Shown piece by piece: positions 1 through 10,030 of a DNA stretch of 64,000 bases (positions are counted from its first letter, which is position 1; each line of letters starts with the position of its first letter). Below the pieces are notes generated by a model. That model had not been told where the DNA came from, made no database searches, and saw only the letters and a list, made by a program, of their open reading frames with translations. A program made the position numbers and the translations under genes. Location: positions 1-64,000 of the IMG/VR virus record IMGVR_UViG_3300001681_000071; one strand, written 5' to 3'. The stretch is from a virus.

Positions 1-266
1 TATTCGATGTACTGCGAGCCTGTTTTGAACAGATGTACAGTGTTTTCATGGGGTAATTTGCGCCCTCTAACCTACCGTACCGTAGGTTATGACTTTCGAC
101 GTTGTACCGATTGTGTAAGATAAACGAGCTAACCCCTACCGAATATGGTAATTTGGGTGTGGATAGTTCCAATTAAGGGGCTATTCGAACCATAAGGGAT
201 CCAAGTGGAACTACGAAGTTAGTAAAGCTATCATCGCCACTTGACCCGCAAACCAGAGAAGACACA

Positions 267-1139
267 ATGAAAACCAAAACAACCCAAAAGGTAACCACCA
301 AAACCGAAAAGGTAGTTACCGCCCCGAAAGCAGTTAACCAAACTGCTACCACCGACAACGCAACCCCCGACGCTACCACCGTCGCCAAGGGTAGCGACAC
401 CGCCACAACCGACGCTACCACCGTCAATGATGACGCTACCACCGTCAATGAGACACAACGTACCCAACCCCTCACCCTTGAAGACGTTAACACCGTTCGA
501 CTTGAGAGCAACCTCAACCCTTGCGCTCAACACCTTGCGGGGTTGCTCCGAAAGATGATCCCCCAACCCACCCACGTTGACGCCTATCTCATTGAGCGCC
601 TTCTCAATGGTAGCGTTCCTGATTCCGAATGGATCGAAGGGCAATACTCCTTCCTCATGGGGATGGATGTCGATATCCTTGACGAGCAAGGAGAATGGAC
701 AGGAGAGACTGTATTCCAGAAGCTACGGGTTTACTTCCCCGCTTGTACCGTCGCGACACTTGACAAGTTGTTTATCCAATCGACCCATAATAAGAAGAAT
801 GCTAAGACGGGAAAGGTTGACACCGTTAAACGGAATGGCGCGTTAGCGCGTGTTTTGATCGCGCGTAACAAGGATCTGACGGTGGAAAGTACTAAGGTAG
901 GGAACAAGACCCACAAGTACATCAAGTATCTCCCTGAGTTCACCATTGACGATCTCCGTGGCGCTAAGGTGTCACGCCTTGACGCTACCCTCAAGATCCT
1001 ACTTGGTACGCTGTTCACTTGTGATGTTCGTACAACGGGTGATCTGTTCGACACTGTTAGCACTGACGGGGACTTCACTATTCTAAAGAATGGTGATCTT
1101 ACCGTCGTAACAGTTCGGAAAGCCTATCGAAGCACGTAA
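267..1139 (+). CDS. hypothetical protein with Thr-rich N-terminal DATTV repeats; probably continues in the +1 frame to 1446
   Basis: 290-aa ORF; GACGCTACCACCGTC repeated at ~369, 411 and 432; C-ending codon style differs from downstream genes. Confidence 0.75.
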   Translation: MKTKTTQKVTTKTEKVVTAPKAVNQTATTDNATPDATTVAKGSDTATTDATTVNDDATTVNETQRTQPLTLEDVNTVRLESNLNPCAQHLAGLLRKMIPQPTHVDAYLIERLLNGSVPDSEWIEGQYSFLMGMDVDILDEQGEWTGETVFQKLRVYFPACTVATLDKLFIQSTHNKKNAKTGKVDTVKRNGALARVLIARNKDLTVESTKVGNKTHKYIKYLPEFTIDDLRGAKVSRLDATLKILLGTLFTCDVRTTGDLFDTVSTDGDFTILKNGDLTVVTVRKAYRST

Positions 1140-1446
1140 CAACCGGGTTAACGCTCAGTCCCTTGCGGACTTTGCTATCTCAACCGGGATTATCCCACAG
1201 AAGGATGGCGAAACATTGGAGAAGGCCCATAGCCGTATCCGCAAGGAGATCCGAGATAGCGGATTCCCTGCTTGCTCATGGGTTGAGACTGCTCCTTCTG
1301 TGGGCAACTTCAAACCCGTCATGTTCACCAAGGAAGGAGTTGAGGGTATTACCGCCTATCTTGATTCAATCAAGACCATTGAGGAAGCAGCAGAAGCGAA
1401 AGCAGAAGCGAAAGCGAAAGCAGAAGCAGAGCAGGAAGCAAGCTAA
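1111..1446 (+). CDS. probable C-terminal continuation of the 267 gene, or a separate small protein; ends in EAKA repeats
   Basis: Frame is open from 1111 (QFGKPIEARNNRVNAQSLADF...EAKAEAEQEAS), same codon style, followed by a terminator. Confidence 0.5.
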   Translation, partial: QFGKPIEARNNRVNAQSLADFAISTGIIPQKDGETLEKAHSRIRKEIRDSGFPACSWVETAPSVGNFKPVMFTKEGVEGITAYLDSIKTIEEAAEAKAEAKAKAEAEQEAS

Positions 1447-1503
1447 CAATCCCCTATCGCGGGTGAGCCCCATGCTTGCCGTTTGCGATAATCGAAACAA
1501 CCC

Positions 1504-1535
1504 GCCCCACTGTTAACGCAGTGGGGCTTTTTTTT
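1504..1535 (+). terminator. rho-independent terminator
   Basis: GCCCCACTG-ttaacg-CAGTGGGGC followed by T8. Confidence 0.9.
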
Positions 1536-1896
1536 GCTTAACGCCCACGCCTGGCGCGCTCCACCACTGTTGACATGTCAAGAGGAAGCTCGCCAGGTGG
1601 CCTGTGGGCGACTTTCAAACCCTACCCTACCCTGTACCCCTATGATATTCGGGCTGTGGCTGTGGTGGGGCTGGCCTACACCATGGCGGTTTGTGGTGGA
1701 TACCATCGCCATGGATCGCGGGGTAGCTACACGCCACGCGAGAAGCTCCACACCCGATCCACGTTAGCACCCCTCATGTATTTTCGAGGTTAGGTGGTGG
1801 CAAGTCAACACGCCACCGCTTTTTTTTCCGGATTTGCGGGGCATTAGCTCCCTCGGTTGCTAGCTTCGAGCCCGGCTCGAAGGCAATGCCAGGAAG

Positions 1897-2295
1897 CTAG
1901 CTCCCAGGAGCCAACACACACGCGCCAACTTCGGATTTCTGGTGTGGTGGCATTAGCAACCCAAAAGTTCGTCCGCGATAAATCCAAAAGAAGTTAGCCA
2001 GGCCATAGACACACGCGCAAGCACTTCGGTTGTTAATTTCGACGTACCGACACAACTGGCGCGTCCGTGGAAACATCGGGCGGAACGCACATATCTTAAT
2101 TAGGTCTCGCGCTTCAATCTCTACTGTTATAGCTTCGTGCTTACACGCGCCACAGCGTCTATGTCGAACTACAAACTCGTCTGAATACCAGGATAACAAT
2201 GTCTTACCAATTAACCGTAGGTGCTGGCGTGAATCGTCGTCCTTCGATGCTGTGTTTAACACTCGCCATCTCTGTCCACACCTTGGGCAGTCCAT
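1897..2295 (-). CDS. NrdR-N-like zinc-ribbon protein
   Basis: MDCPRCG...RVLNT...VVRHRRCGACKHEAITVE matches the NrdR N-terminal CxxC...RRxCxxC..T.E pattern; no ATP-cone. Confidence 0.6.
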   Translation of the reverse strand: MDCPRCGQRWRVLNTASKDDDSRQHLRLIGKTLLSWYSDEFVVRHRRCGACKHEAITVEIEARDLIKICAFRPMFPRTRQLCRYVEINNRSACACVYGLANFFWIYRGRTFGLLMPPHQKSEVGACVLAPGS

Positions 2296-2939
2296 ACACT
2301 CAACCTTCGCTTGGGCTGGAGCAAATCATAAAGGCTTGTGGCTCCTGTGACAAATTAATTGCCCAGAGGCATTAACGACCCAATGCTCTAAGCATATCCA
2401 ATGTAGGAGTAATTATATATATACATATACAGTTTATCGTCCTGTATAGATTATAAGTTCTGTGGAATAGCGAACTGGAGCTATAGGTATAAACATAGCA
2501 GGGCCGACGCGCCCTGTTTTTTACATAAGCCGTAGATGTTATCCATACTATGCTTGCCGTTTTGTTCTTATAGAGTTTTGAACTGACCCCGATATTATGT
2601 ATCCGGCCTCAGCCGGATGTAGTCATTGTTTATATAGATTAATATATATTATAGCCAATACAGCCGTATTCGCCCTTAGAGCTATCTTACACCTTGGCAA
2701 GCCAGTCTACCCTACCCTGAACACTAAAGAACACACCAGCCGAAGAAGAGAGCCCTTATAAGCGCTATCTATAAAGCGCTAATAGATACATAATTAATTA
2801 ATACTAATAACTTACAAACAGATATGGAGTTTCCGCGCACAGGCACAAGGAGTATATATCTCTTTTATGCACAAGCAATATGATCAGTAGTGTATCTACG
2901 GTCTCTCTGCACAGGCGCTGTAAAATCCTTAAATCGACA

Positions 2940-3014
2940 TATAATTATCAATTATTACTATCAATTACTATCAATTGTAATTATCAATTATTACTATCAA
3001 TTATCACTATCAAG
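2940..3014. repeat. AT-rich degenerate tandem repeat (TATCAATTA/TTAC units)
   Basis: TATCAA occurs about 6 times in ~75 bp of non-coding DNA. Confidence 0.8.
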
Positions 3015-3225
3015 TACAGATATAATTGTAATTAAGAAACGTTAAAGAATCTACCAATGGTACTAACAATGAATCAAGAATCACGCAAATTCATTTTACA
3101 ATTAAAAATAATTAGCACCACCAAAGAAGAAGGGGAAGTAGCTTGTTTTCACTACAACCCCATGGAGCGGAAATTTGATAGGAAATTTTTACGGCTAGTG
3201 GAAAACCGTGGCGGGAAAGATCACC

Positions 3226-3606
3226 CTACCACCTTTTCTTCCAACCGTTAACAAGAGACTGAGCCGGACCACTTGGTAACGATAGCGATACTCCTGGCCT
3301 TCTGGCTTTTGGCTGATGCCCAACGATGTGAAGCGTTTCGTAAATGTTCCCTCTGTTATCCCGACGAACCTTAATCGTTATACCAGCACCAAAGATAGTA
3401 GCTTTCGTATCTACGCTGGCTTTTGCTACTTCTAACAGTAGTTCTAAAGTGGGAATGTCCAAGATCATCTGAATGTTTCTGCCACAGGTGGGACCACCAA
3501 GAGTGTACTCACGTAGCACCTCGTCTTGTCCAGCTATCTGGAGGCACGTGTCCTTTCTCTTTACTTTTACTTCGTCCATAATTGGGGTGTTAGTGTCATA
3601 CATCAA
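3226..3606 (-). CDS. hypothetical protein
   Basis: 126-aa ORF overlapping the end of the upstream terS-like gene. Confidence 0.7.
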   Translation of the reverse strand: MMYDTNTPIMDEVKVKRKDTCLQIAGQDEVLREYTLGGPTCGRNIQMILDIPTLELLLEVAKASVDTKATIFGAGITIKVRRDNRGNIYETLHIVGHQPKARRPGVSLSLPSGPAQSLVNGWKKRW

Positions 3607-4339
3607 TCACCTCACGCAACCCAGAAACATCAATGTCCTTATCCTTAGATCGAATGGCACCAAGTACAGCTTGCAACTCGCAAACATCTTCATACATAGC
3701 TTCAACTATATCTTCGCCACGAGCCTTAGCATCACTGACCCTAACCGACTCAACAAGCAGCTTACCGCCATGCTTACCACTATCACCATCCGATAGCTCA
3801 GAACGCAACTGAAGTAACAAGGGCAAGTCCCTAAGAGTCCTACGAATCTCCTTATCTTTTATCCCCTGGGCTACATACCCAATAGCGGCATCAAGTAACA
3901 TCAAATGCTTGCGCTTCATCTCAGCGGTGAATATCGTTCCTTCATCCGGTCTGGACTCACGGATGCTTCGCTCTACCTCATCAGCTACGCCCTGAGACAA
4001 CGGAGAGATCGCTGTTAACGGAGCCATGATGTTCTTCTTTACAGCCTCGATCTCAGAGATGCCATACTTGTCGAAGTACAGCTCTCTGTAAAGTGCTTGT
4101 GCCTGAGACTCTACTGTTCCGCTCTGACAACGAGTATCCCAACTCCACCGAACCTTGAATTCCCTTATAGTCGTAGCCGCTCTGTCCAAAGCCCGTCCAA
4201 CAGCCCGTTGATTCCGTAGCTTAGGTGCTTGCATCGCCCACAATAACATGGCGCGGTGAGCCCTTTCCGACTCGCGCGGTTGGCGTGTCAATGGCCCCAT
4301 AGAACGAACGGGTTTATGCTTTTTTACCTTGTTTTTCAT
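3596..4339 (-). CDS. putative terminase small subunit (HTH)
   Basis: RQPRESERAHRAMLLW...RNQRAVGRALDRAATTIREFKVRWSWDTR resembles the ES..A..AF..Y...RS...VA..L......W...W..R TerS pattern; SD GGGGGA before ATG 4339. Confidence 0.55.
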   Translation of the reverse strand: MKNKVKKHKPVRSMGPLTRQPRESERAHRAMLLWAMQAPKLRNQRAVGRALDRAATTIREFKVRWSWDTRCQSGTVESQAQALYRELYFDKYGISEIEAVKKNIMAPLTAISPLSQGVADEVERSIRESRPDEGTIFTAEMKRKHLMLLDAAIGYVAQGIKDKEIRRTLRDLPLLLQLRSELSDGDSGKHGGKLLVESVRVSDAKARGEDIVEAMYEDVCELQAVLGAIRSKDKDIDVSGLREVIDV

Positions 4340-4960
4340 GCTAATTCCCCCATACAATTTGTAATTCTACTCATGATGTTCGTGAATTCTATACCTTTCC
4401 CTTAAAATAGCCCATAAATTACTAACATGTGAACGTGTTGTAATTTGGTAGAGGTACAGTGTTAGGTTGTTCTTTCGTTGATAAGTCAGTTAGTAAGTGG
4501 TTAATGGTAGCCCTAACAGAGCTGGTTAGAATAGACGGGTATTTGTTGGGGAAGTTGTGTTTGCGGGAGTGTTTTTTGTATTTAGCCCTAATTCCCTTAT
4601 ATGGTTGCGGTTGATTTTGGCAGGGTGTTGTGATTTGTTAGAAAATCCTTGTGGTTGTTTGTTTAGGGTAGTTTGGTGTTGAGTTGTGAGCTGTAGTAGG
4701 TGTGTTTTGTGCGGGTGAATTACGATTTGTTGAAAATGATAGGGTTTTTTCTGGCTTATGTAGAATTGTTAGGTTTGGCCCTGGCTTTTCGATCTTTCTT
4801 AACGGAATCGGCAAAATGTGGGATTGGCAGTAAGAATATCTCCCATTTTGGTTACGCATCGGGTATAATAAGCATGAGGGATTGTTGAAATTTTATTTGT
4901 CGAAACTATTCGATAGCACCCTTTTCAAAGTTAACCACCCAACCATAGAGGAACCTAACC

Positions 4961-5368
4961 ATGGAACAAGCTAACCCATTCGATCTCAATGACCGTATTA
5001 TCCAAATCAAGAAGGAAAGGAGAGAAAAAAAGAAGTTAGGTCGAAGCCAAGCGAAGGACAATAAGCCCAATTACTTAATGACAGTAGGCGGTATCACCTA
5101 CTACTTGAAGCCGGTAGTTAGCCGGTATGGTGAGTGGGGCCGACCCCATCAGGAGATGCTTGGGGTTTGCTTCCTTGCGAAGTCTACGGCTAACTCAGGG
5201 AAGGCAATGAGCAACTATACGGAGGTTAGCTCCGAGGGTTGGCTAACTCTACCCAAGCAAACCAGATGTGAACTTAGGGATAGAGCTAATCTTCTTATGT
5301 GTGGAGGTAGCCGATCTAGGACTTCCTCGATCAACAAGTTTATGAAGGCTTACCCACAGCCAAGATAG
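4961..5368 (+). CDS. hypothetical early protein
   Basis: 135-aa ORF with GAGGA SD and AC-rich leader. Confidence 0.8.
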   Translation: MEQANPFDLNDRIIQIKKERREKKKLGRSQAKDNKPNYLMTVGGITYYLKPVVSRYGEWGRPHQEMLGVCFLAKSTANSGKAMSNYTEVSSEGWLTLPKQTRCELRDRANLLMCGGSRSRTSSINKFMKAYPQPR

Positions 5369-5444
5369 TTTTACGGGGCTAGTGATAGCCCCACCTTTTA
5401 ACATGATTTACTTTACTCACCCTAACCAACAGAAGGAACCAACC

Positions 5445-5852
5445 ATGGAACAAGTTAACGAAAACAACCGGCTTATAGCGCGTATAAACGCTATGTTTGC
5501 TGGACGAGAAGAGACAATAGTAGAGTACCGCGACATAGGCTCGGCTTTGCCGGGTAGCTGGTCGATTGGGATTGTGAAAGAGAAGCGAGATAAGCAGAAA
5601 GCCTTTCCGTCGGTGTTAGGATACGGCTTGTCGCGGTCAGTTACCACAAAGGTAGCTATCTATAAGTCGAATGGTCAAGAGTTAACCAAGGAAGAGTGGG
5701 TAGCATTGTCCTACGGTAACAGGAGACTGTTCGTGGTAGAGGTAGAGATAGAGTATCGCATTCCAAACTTGGTTTGCGATATGGATGGGGGGATCAATAG
5801 CTACCCTTTCCAGATGAGCGATAAAAAGAGAGAAGAAAACTTTCTGGCGTAG
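5445..5852 (+). CDS. hypothetical early protein
   Basis: Start moved to the ATG after SD GAAGGA. Confidence 0.8.
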   Translation: MEQVNENNRLIARINAMFAGREETIVEYRDIGSALPGSWSIGIVKEKRDKQKAFPSVLGYGLSRSVTTKVAIYKSNGQELTKEEWVALSYGNRRLFVVEVEIEYRIPNLVCDMDGGINSYPFQMSDKKREENFLA

Positions 5853-5936
5853 TACTGCTAAGTTTCCGGGGTGCTAGTCGGCCCCTATTTTAACTCTATT
5901 TATACTTTACTAACCACAAACCAATGGAAGGAACCA

Positions 5937-6410
5937 ATGATTATCACTAACCACCAACCGTGGGCTTTAGCTCTTAATGGACAGAGATACGACAGGAACC
6001 AAAAGGGAACAGCCTTCTGGAACGGCCCGATAACCCTAACTAACGAAATTAACGTAGGGGAGGTGCTTCGTCAGAAGCTACGTGGGATGTGGGCAAGGAA
6101 AACAGAGGAAGGCAATTGGATGATTGAATCCATCAGCAATAGCCGGAAAGAAAGTTTAGATAGCTTTCTTGACAATATGGTTAAGGCCGAGAGTATTAGT
6201 CCAACAAGCTCTTGTCTTGTTATCGACCATAATAGACGGGTAAGGGCGGAGCGTGGATTGTTTGAGTTTGAGATACTAGAGTTTCGCTTTATGGTTCCTT
6301 CGGACCAGACAAAAGCGCGAGCATTTTGCTCAGATGATTTTGTTGGCGTAGAATTGTTTAAGTTGCGGGAGGCTTTCAAAGATGAGTTTGCGAAACTTAT
6401 CGCTGAGTAG
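5937..6410 (+). CDS. hypothetical early protein
   Basis: Start moved to the ATG after SD GGAAGGA. Confidence 0.8.
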   Translation: MIITNHQPWALALNGQRYDRNQKGTAFWNGPITLTNEINVGEVLRQKLRGMWARKTEEGNWMIESISNSRKESLDSFLDNMVKAESISPTSSCLVIDHNRRVRAERGLFEFEILEFRFMVPSDQTKARAFCSDDFVGVELFKLREAFKDEFAKLIAE

Positions 6411-6499
6411 TTTTCGCTTTACCCGTCCAGCCAGGGCTAACCAGTAGCCCCATTTTCACTCTATTTATCTTTACTGCTAACCACAAACCGGAGAAAATA

Positions 6500-6666
6500 A
6501 TGTTGTATACACTGAAAACATGGAAAACCGAAAGCTCAAAACCACAGGAGCAAGAGCCCATCTACTTGCAAAGGTATGGATTTGGAAAGGTTTCCACTCC
6601 AAAATCCACATTATCTCTCGGAATGGAAAGGTTGTTACCGAACTAGATAAGCCAACTGCGGAATAG
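6500..6666 (+). CDS. small hypothetical protein, possibly frameshifted
   Basis: SD GGAG + ATG 6500 gives 48 aa. A second frame from ATG 6520 ends at the TAG (6666) that abuts the next repeat element. Confidence 0.45.
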
Positions 6667-6763
6667 TTTTCGCTTTACCCATCTCGCCAGGGCTAACCCG
6701 TAGCCCTATTTTCACTCTATTTATACTTTACCTATAACCCCCGACAATGGAAGGAACCCAACC

Positions 6764-6958
6764 ATGACACCTACTGAAATTAAAGAGCTTATTGAGTCAT
6801 ACAATAAAGATGATAACTGTGAAAGGTTCAAGACGGAAGAACTGCTAGTTCTTCTTAGCATCTTCAAAGGCGAGTGGCCCATAGTGGAAGAGTTAGAACT
6901 CAGAGCTATGGTACGACGTACCGTAAATGAGAGCGATTTTGCTTGCTACGGTACATAG
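6764..6958 (+). CDS. hypothetical protein
   Basis: 64-aa ORF between repeat elements, strong SD. Confidence 0.75.
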   Translation: MTPTEIKELIESYNKDDNCERFKTEELLVLLSIFKGEWPIVEELELRAMVRRTVNESDFACYGT

Positions 6959-7057
6959 TTTTGCTTGGCGGTTAGCTACCGCCTTTTAACATGATTTATA
7001 CATACTTTACACAACCCGCTACCGAAAGGTAGCACTAACCAACGGAAGGATAAAACC

Positions 7058-7474
7058 ATGGATGACTATAGCTCAGTAATATATAGGAATAACCACAGGG
7101 CGGTGAGGCTACCGTCCACTCCACATGAGGTGGAGATCACCAAGAACTTAACCGACGAAGAACACGAAGCTCTTCAGGTGGTTGATGTATACAAAAAAAC
7201 ACAGCTTAACTCTATCCATCCGTGGATGGACTTAAACGATGAAGGGATGCTTTCCTCTCTGTGGGGTCGAGCTAGCTTTTGTGAAGGAAACACAGGGCCA
7301 GACGACACATACTACAATCCGGTGTTCCGGAACATAACAAAGGCTAACAGGGTTTTTGTTAGTCTTTTTGGACGAACAGAAGTTAGCAAAATGTCATACT
7401 GGTTCCTTCAAGGGCCAAACGAAGCAAACAAGACAGTAACAATCATTACGCAAATACAATTAGGAGGTGGATGA
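7058..7474 (+). CDS. hypothetical protein
   Basis: 138-aa ORF, strong SD. Confidence 0.8.
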   Translation: MDDYSSVIYRNNHRAVRLPSTPHEVEITKNLTDEEHEALQVVDVYKKTQLNSIHPWMDLNDEGMLSSLWGRASFCEGNTGPDDTYYNPVFRNITKANRVFVSLFGRTEVSKMSYWFLQGPNEANKTVTIITQIQLGGG

Positions 7475-7893
7475 TGGAAGATACAGAGACAACGGAAGAT
7501 ACAGCTATGGTTAACGCCATAGAGCAGCTATGGACGATGCTCAACAAACCCTCTAAGAGCAAGTACGAGGCCGATGTTAAAGCCAAGCGGGTGGCTAAGT
7601 CAGCCAAGCTGCTTGTGATCCGGATGACACCGGATGAACTCCCCTATGATATTACATGGTCCGATTGGGCCTATGGTAACTTGGAGGTTCCTATGTCTTA
7701 CCGGACGTTTAAGGACAATAATGGTAGCCCATACTTCTCGAAAGAGAACATAGAAAAAATGGAGGCGGATCGGGCTAACCTCCCAGAAGTTCCCGAAGCT
7801 TTCTGGGGTGCTATCTCCTTAGAAGAAGAAGCTAACCGTCGGGTGTTTAGAAACGCCCTCAGTACGGACGTTAGCATCGGGAGAGGTATTTAG
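7471..7893 (+). CDS. hypothetical protein
   Basis: ATGA overlap with the upstream gene, SD GGAGG. Confidence 0.8.
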   Translation: MMEDTETTEDTAMVNAIEQLWTMLNKPSKSKYEADVKAKRVAKSAKLLVIRMTPDELPYDITWSDWAYGNLEVPMSYRTFKDNNGSPYFSKENIEKMEADRANLPEVPEAFWGAISLEEEANRRVFRNALSTDVSIGRGI

Positions 7894-7973
7894 CCTGTTT
7901 AGCCATTTGGCGGTTGGCTCCCGTCTTTTAATTCTATTTATACTTTACTAACAACCAACCCGGAAGGAACCAA

Positions 7974-8078
7974 ATGACTAACCTTTTCTATCTTATACTA
8001 CTTGGCGGTGGGCTGATCTTATACGGACTTTTCGTCAATATACTTGAACGCCTAAACACGGAAGGAACCAATGAATAA
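7974..8078 (+). CDS. small single-TM membrane peptide (34 aa), not in the ORF track
   Basis: MTNLFYLILLGGGLILYGLFVNILERLNTEGTNE after a repeat element and SD GGAAGGA. Confidence 0.65.
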   Translation: MTNLFYLILLGGGLILYGLFVNILERLNTEGTNE

Positions 8079-8340
8079 ACCAATCCCGTTGCAAACAACT
8101 ATAGTTCATAGCCTCAGAAAGTATTCATTTGAGGGGGGCTATCCCCTGTTTTACACGGGAGAACACAACAATGTCCATTGCGCGGATTGCGCGGAAGAAT
8201 GTAGCTTCGACGATGCTAACTATGTCGCTCACCGGACAGAGGCCGTCAATTGGGAAAGCGAGATCCACTGTGATCTATGTTCAGAAAAGATCGAGTCAGC
8301 TTACGGATATGATGAAGATTCCGTGGAAGATGAAAGCTAG
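8071..8340 (+). CDS. small acidic zinc-binding protein
   Basis: GGYPLFY...CADC...CDLC...IESAYG. Confidence 0.75.
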   Translation: MNKPIPLQTTIVHSLRKYSFEGGYPLFYTGEHNNVHCADCAEECSFDDANYVAHRTEAVNWESEIHCDLCSEKIESAYGYDEDSVEDES

Positions 8341-8425
8341 CTCTCCAGGGGGATAGCGGGTTGCGCTACTCCTATTTTAAGATGATTTATACTTTACTAT
8401 ACAACCCAAACCAGAGGATAGAACC

Positions 8426-8896
8426 ATGGGACTACACCTAACAGAACTGTTCTGGAGCTATGATGAACCGGCTCCAGATTCGGCTACATTCCGGAAGATA
8501 ACACCGGAAGAATACCAGGAGCTACGCGCTCCTGTGGCTAACCGAATGAAGATGATACCTATCACTCTCTCGGTAGGTGCTAACGACTATCATAAGGTAG
8601 TTTTATACACGACAGAAGTTAACGGAGATGGAAGTAAGCGTGTTTTTATCAAAATACTTCCTTCTTTTTTACCTTCACGGGCTGTTGGCTTCGAGCAGTT
8701 AGGTCTTACGATCTGGACAAGCGATACCTATATAGACCCAAACCACTTCTGTAGGCTTTTCGGTGATGTTATCGAAGATAGCGACGAAGATAATATGGTC
8801 TTTCGGGCAACAAAGTACAAGTATGTTGGCTGGCGTGATGAATTAAATAGTTTGGGTGAGGTTGTACCAGAACGACTACCCTATATTCGCCAGTAG
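8426..8896 (+). CDS. hypothetical protein
   Basis: 156-aa ORF after a repeat element. Confidence 0.8.
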   Translation: MGLHLTELFWSYDEPAPDSATFRKITPEEYQELRAPVANRMKMIPITLSVGANDYHKVVLYTTEVNGDGSKRVFIKILPSFLPSRAVGFEQLGLTIWTSDTYIDPNHFCRLFGDVIEDSDEDNMVFRATKYKYVGWRDELNSLGEVVPERLPYIRQ

Positions 8897-9001
8897 CTCG
8901 TGTTTAGCTGTACTGCATTTATACCAAGGGGATAACTCCCCTATTTTAGGATGATTTTCATCTACTCAACTTTACCAACTAACAACCAACCAAGGAAGAC
9001 C

Positions 9002-9346
9002 ATGAGAGCTTTAACATTAAGAACAGATAAAAGAACTTTAGACTATAGGGAACACAGCCTACTGCTAAGTGTCCTGAAAGTTAAAAGTAGACAGATCCGC
9101 TATATGAAAGTGTATCTGGATAGCTTGCCATTGCTAACAAACAACGAGCGAAAGATTGATTATGGGCCATTGTTTGCTAGTTTTCTTGACGACAATGACC
9201 TAACCAGAAGTCATCGCTTGTTTATCAATAACTTTGGTAAAGCAAAAAGCGAGAGCATTCTGGATTGGGAGTTAGGGAAAGAGACAGATAGGGATGGAAC
9301 GATCCACGACAACGTAACTATTACCTATATTGTCCCAAGCGAATAG
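9002..9346 (+). CDS. hypothetical protein
   Basis: Start moved to the SD-associated ATG. Confidence 0.75.
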   Translation: MRALTLRTDKRTLDYREHSLLLSVLKVKSRQIRYMKVYLDSLPLLTNNERKIDYGPLFASFLDDNDLTRSHRLFINNFGKAKSESILDWELGKETDRDGTIHDNVTITYIVPSE

Positions 9347-9431
9347 GCTCAGTTCTAACTACCAAAGGGTGGCTATGTCGCCCTATTTTTAGACTATTTA
9401 TGCTTTACCAACAACCAGCCAAGGGGATGAT

Positions 9432-9644
9432 ATGAATAACTACAAAATAGTACGCTTTTACCAAGAACGTTTTGTTAGACAAGCAACAATAAAAGAAGGG
9501 CTTAGTCTTGAAGAAGCTAAGGACCACTGTAGCGATCCAGAAACGAGCAGTACAACTGCTAAGTCGGAAGAATCGGTAGCTCACACCAAGGAATTTGGAA
9601 AGTGGTTCGATGGATATAGAAAAGAAGACCAACCAAACAGATAA
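9432..9644 (+). CDS. small hypothetical protein
   Basis: YKIVRFY...IKEGLSLEEAKDHCSDPETSS...WFDGY; follows a repeat element. Confidence 0.75.
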   Translation: MNNYKIVRFYQERFVRQATIKEGLSLEEAKDHCSDPETSSTTAKSEESVAHTKEFGKWFDGYRKEDQPNR

Positions 9645-9762
9645 GCATTGTGGGTGTAACTATAATTATAGTTGTGCTGCACAAGCAAAAGAAGACTCAC
9701 ACACAAACCGGAAGGAAGAACCAATGATTACCACTACCAATCACAAACGAAGGAAGGAAGCT

Positions 9763-9924
9763 ATGAAAAACTACAAAGTTACTGGAGTATTACGAAGTGG
9801 AGCGCGGTTTAAGGCAATCCACACCACCAACCCTTATTATGCTATGGGTATAAACCTGTTTCGTGGTAACGTGTGGGAAAAGTCGAACGGCAAATGGAAG
9901 ATCATAAAGTCCGTTTGGAATTAA
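9763..9924 (+). CDS. small hypothetical protein
   Basis: SD GGAAGGAAG before MKNYKVTGV; alternative start at 9724. Confidence 0.65.
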   Translation: MKNYKVTGVLRSGARFKAIHTTNPYYAMGINLFRGNVWEKSNGKWKIIKSVWN

Positions 9925-10030
9925 GATAAGAAAAGCTTTACCGAAGGAGTAGGTTTGATAACCATCCTTCTATTTTCAGATGATTTATTTACCATTTTAC
10001 CAACTAACAACCAACCAAAGGAAGATAACC

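Noticed and set aside
4961-10000. Apparent excess of AGCT and GTTAAC sites in the early region
   Set aside because: Only an impression by eye, and AGCT is also common in the tail genes; needs a Markov-corrected k-mer count
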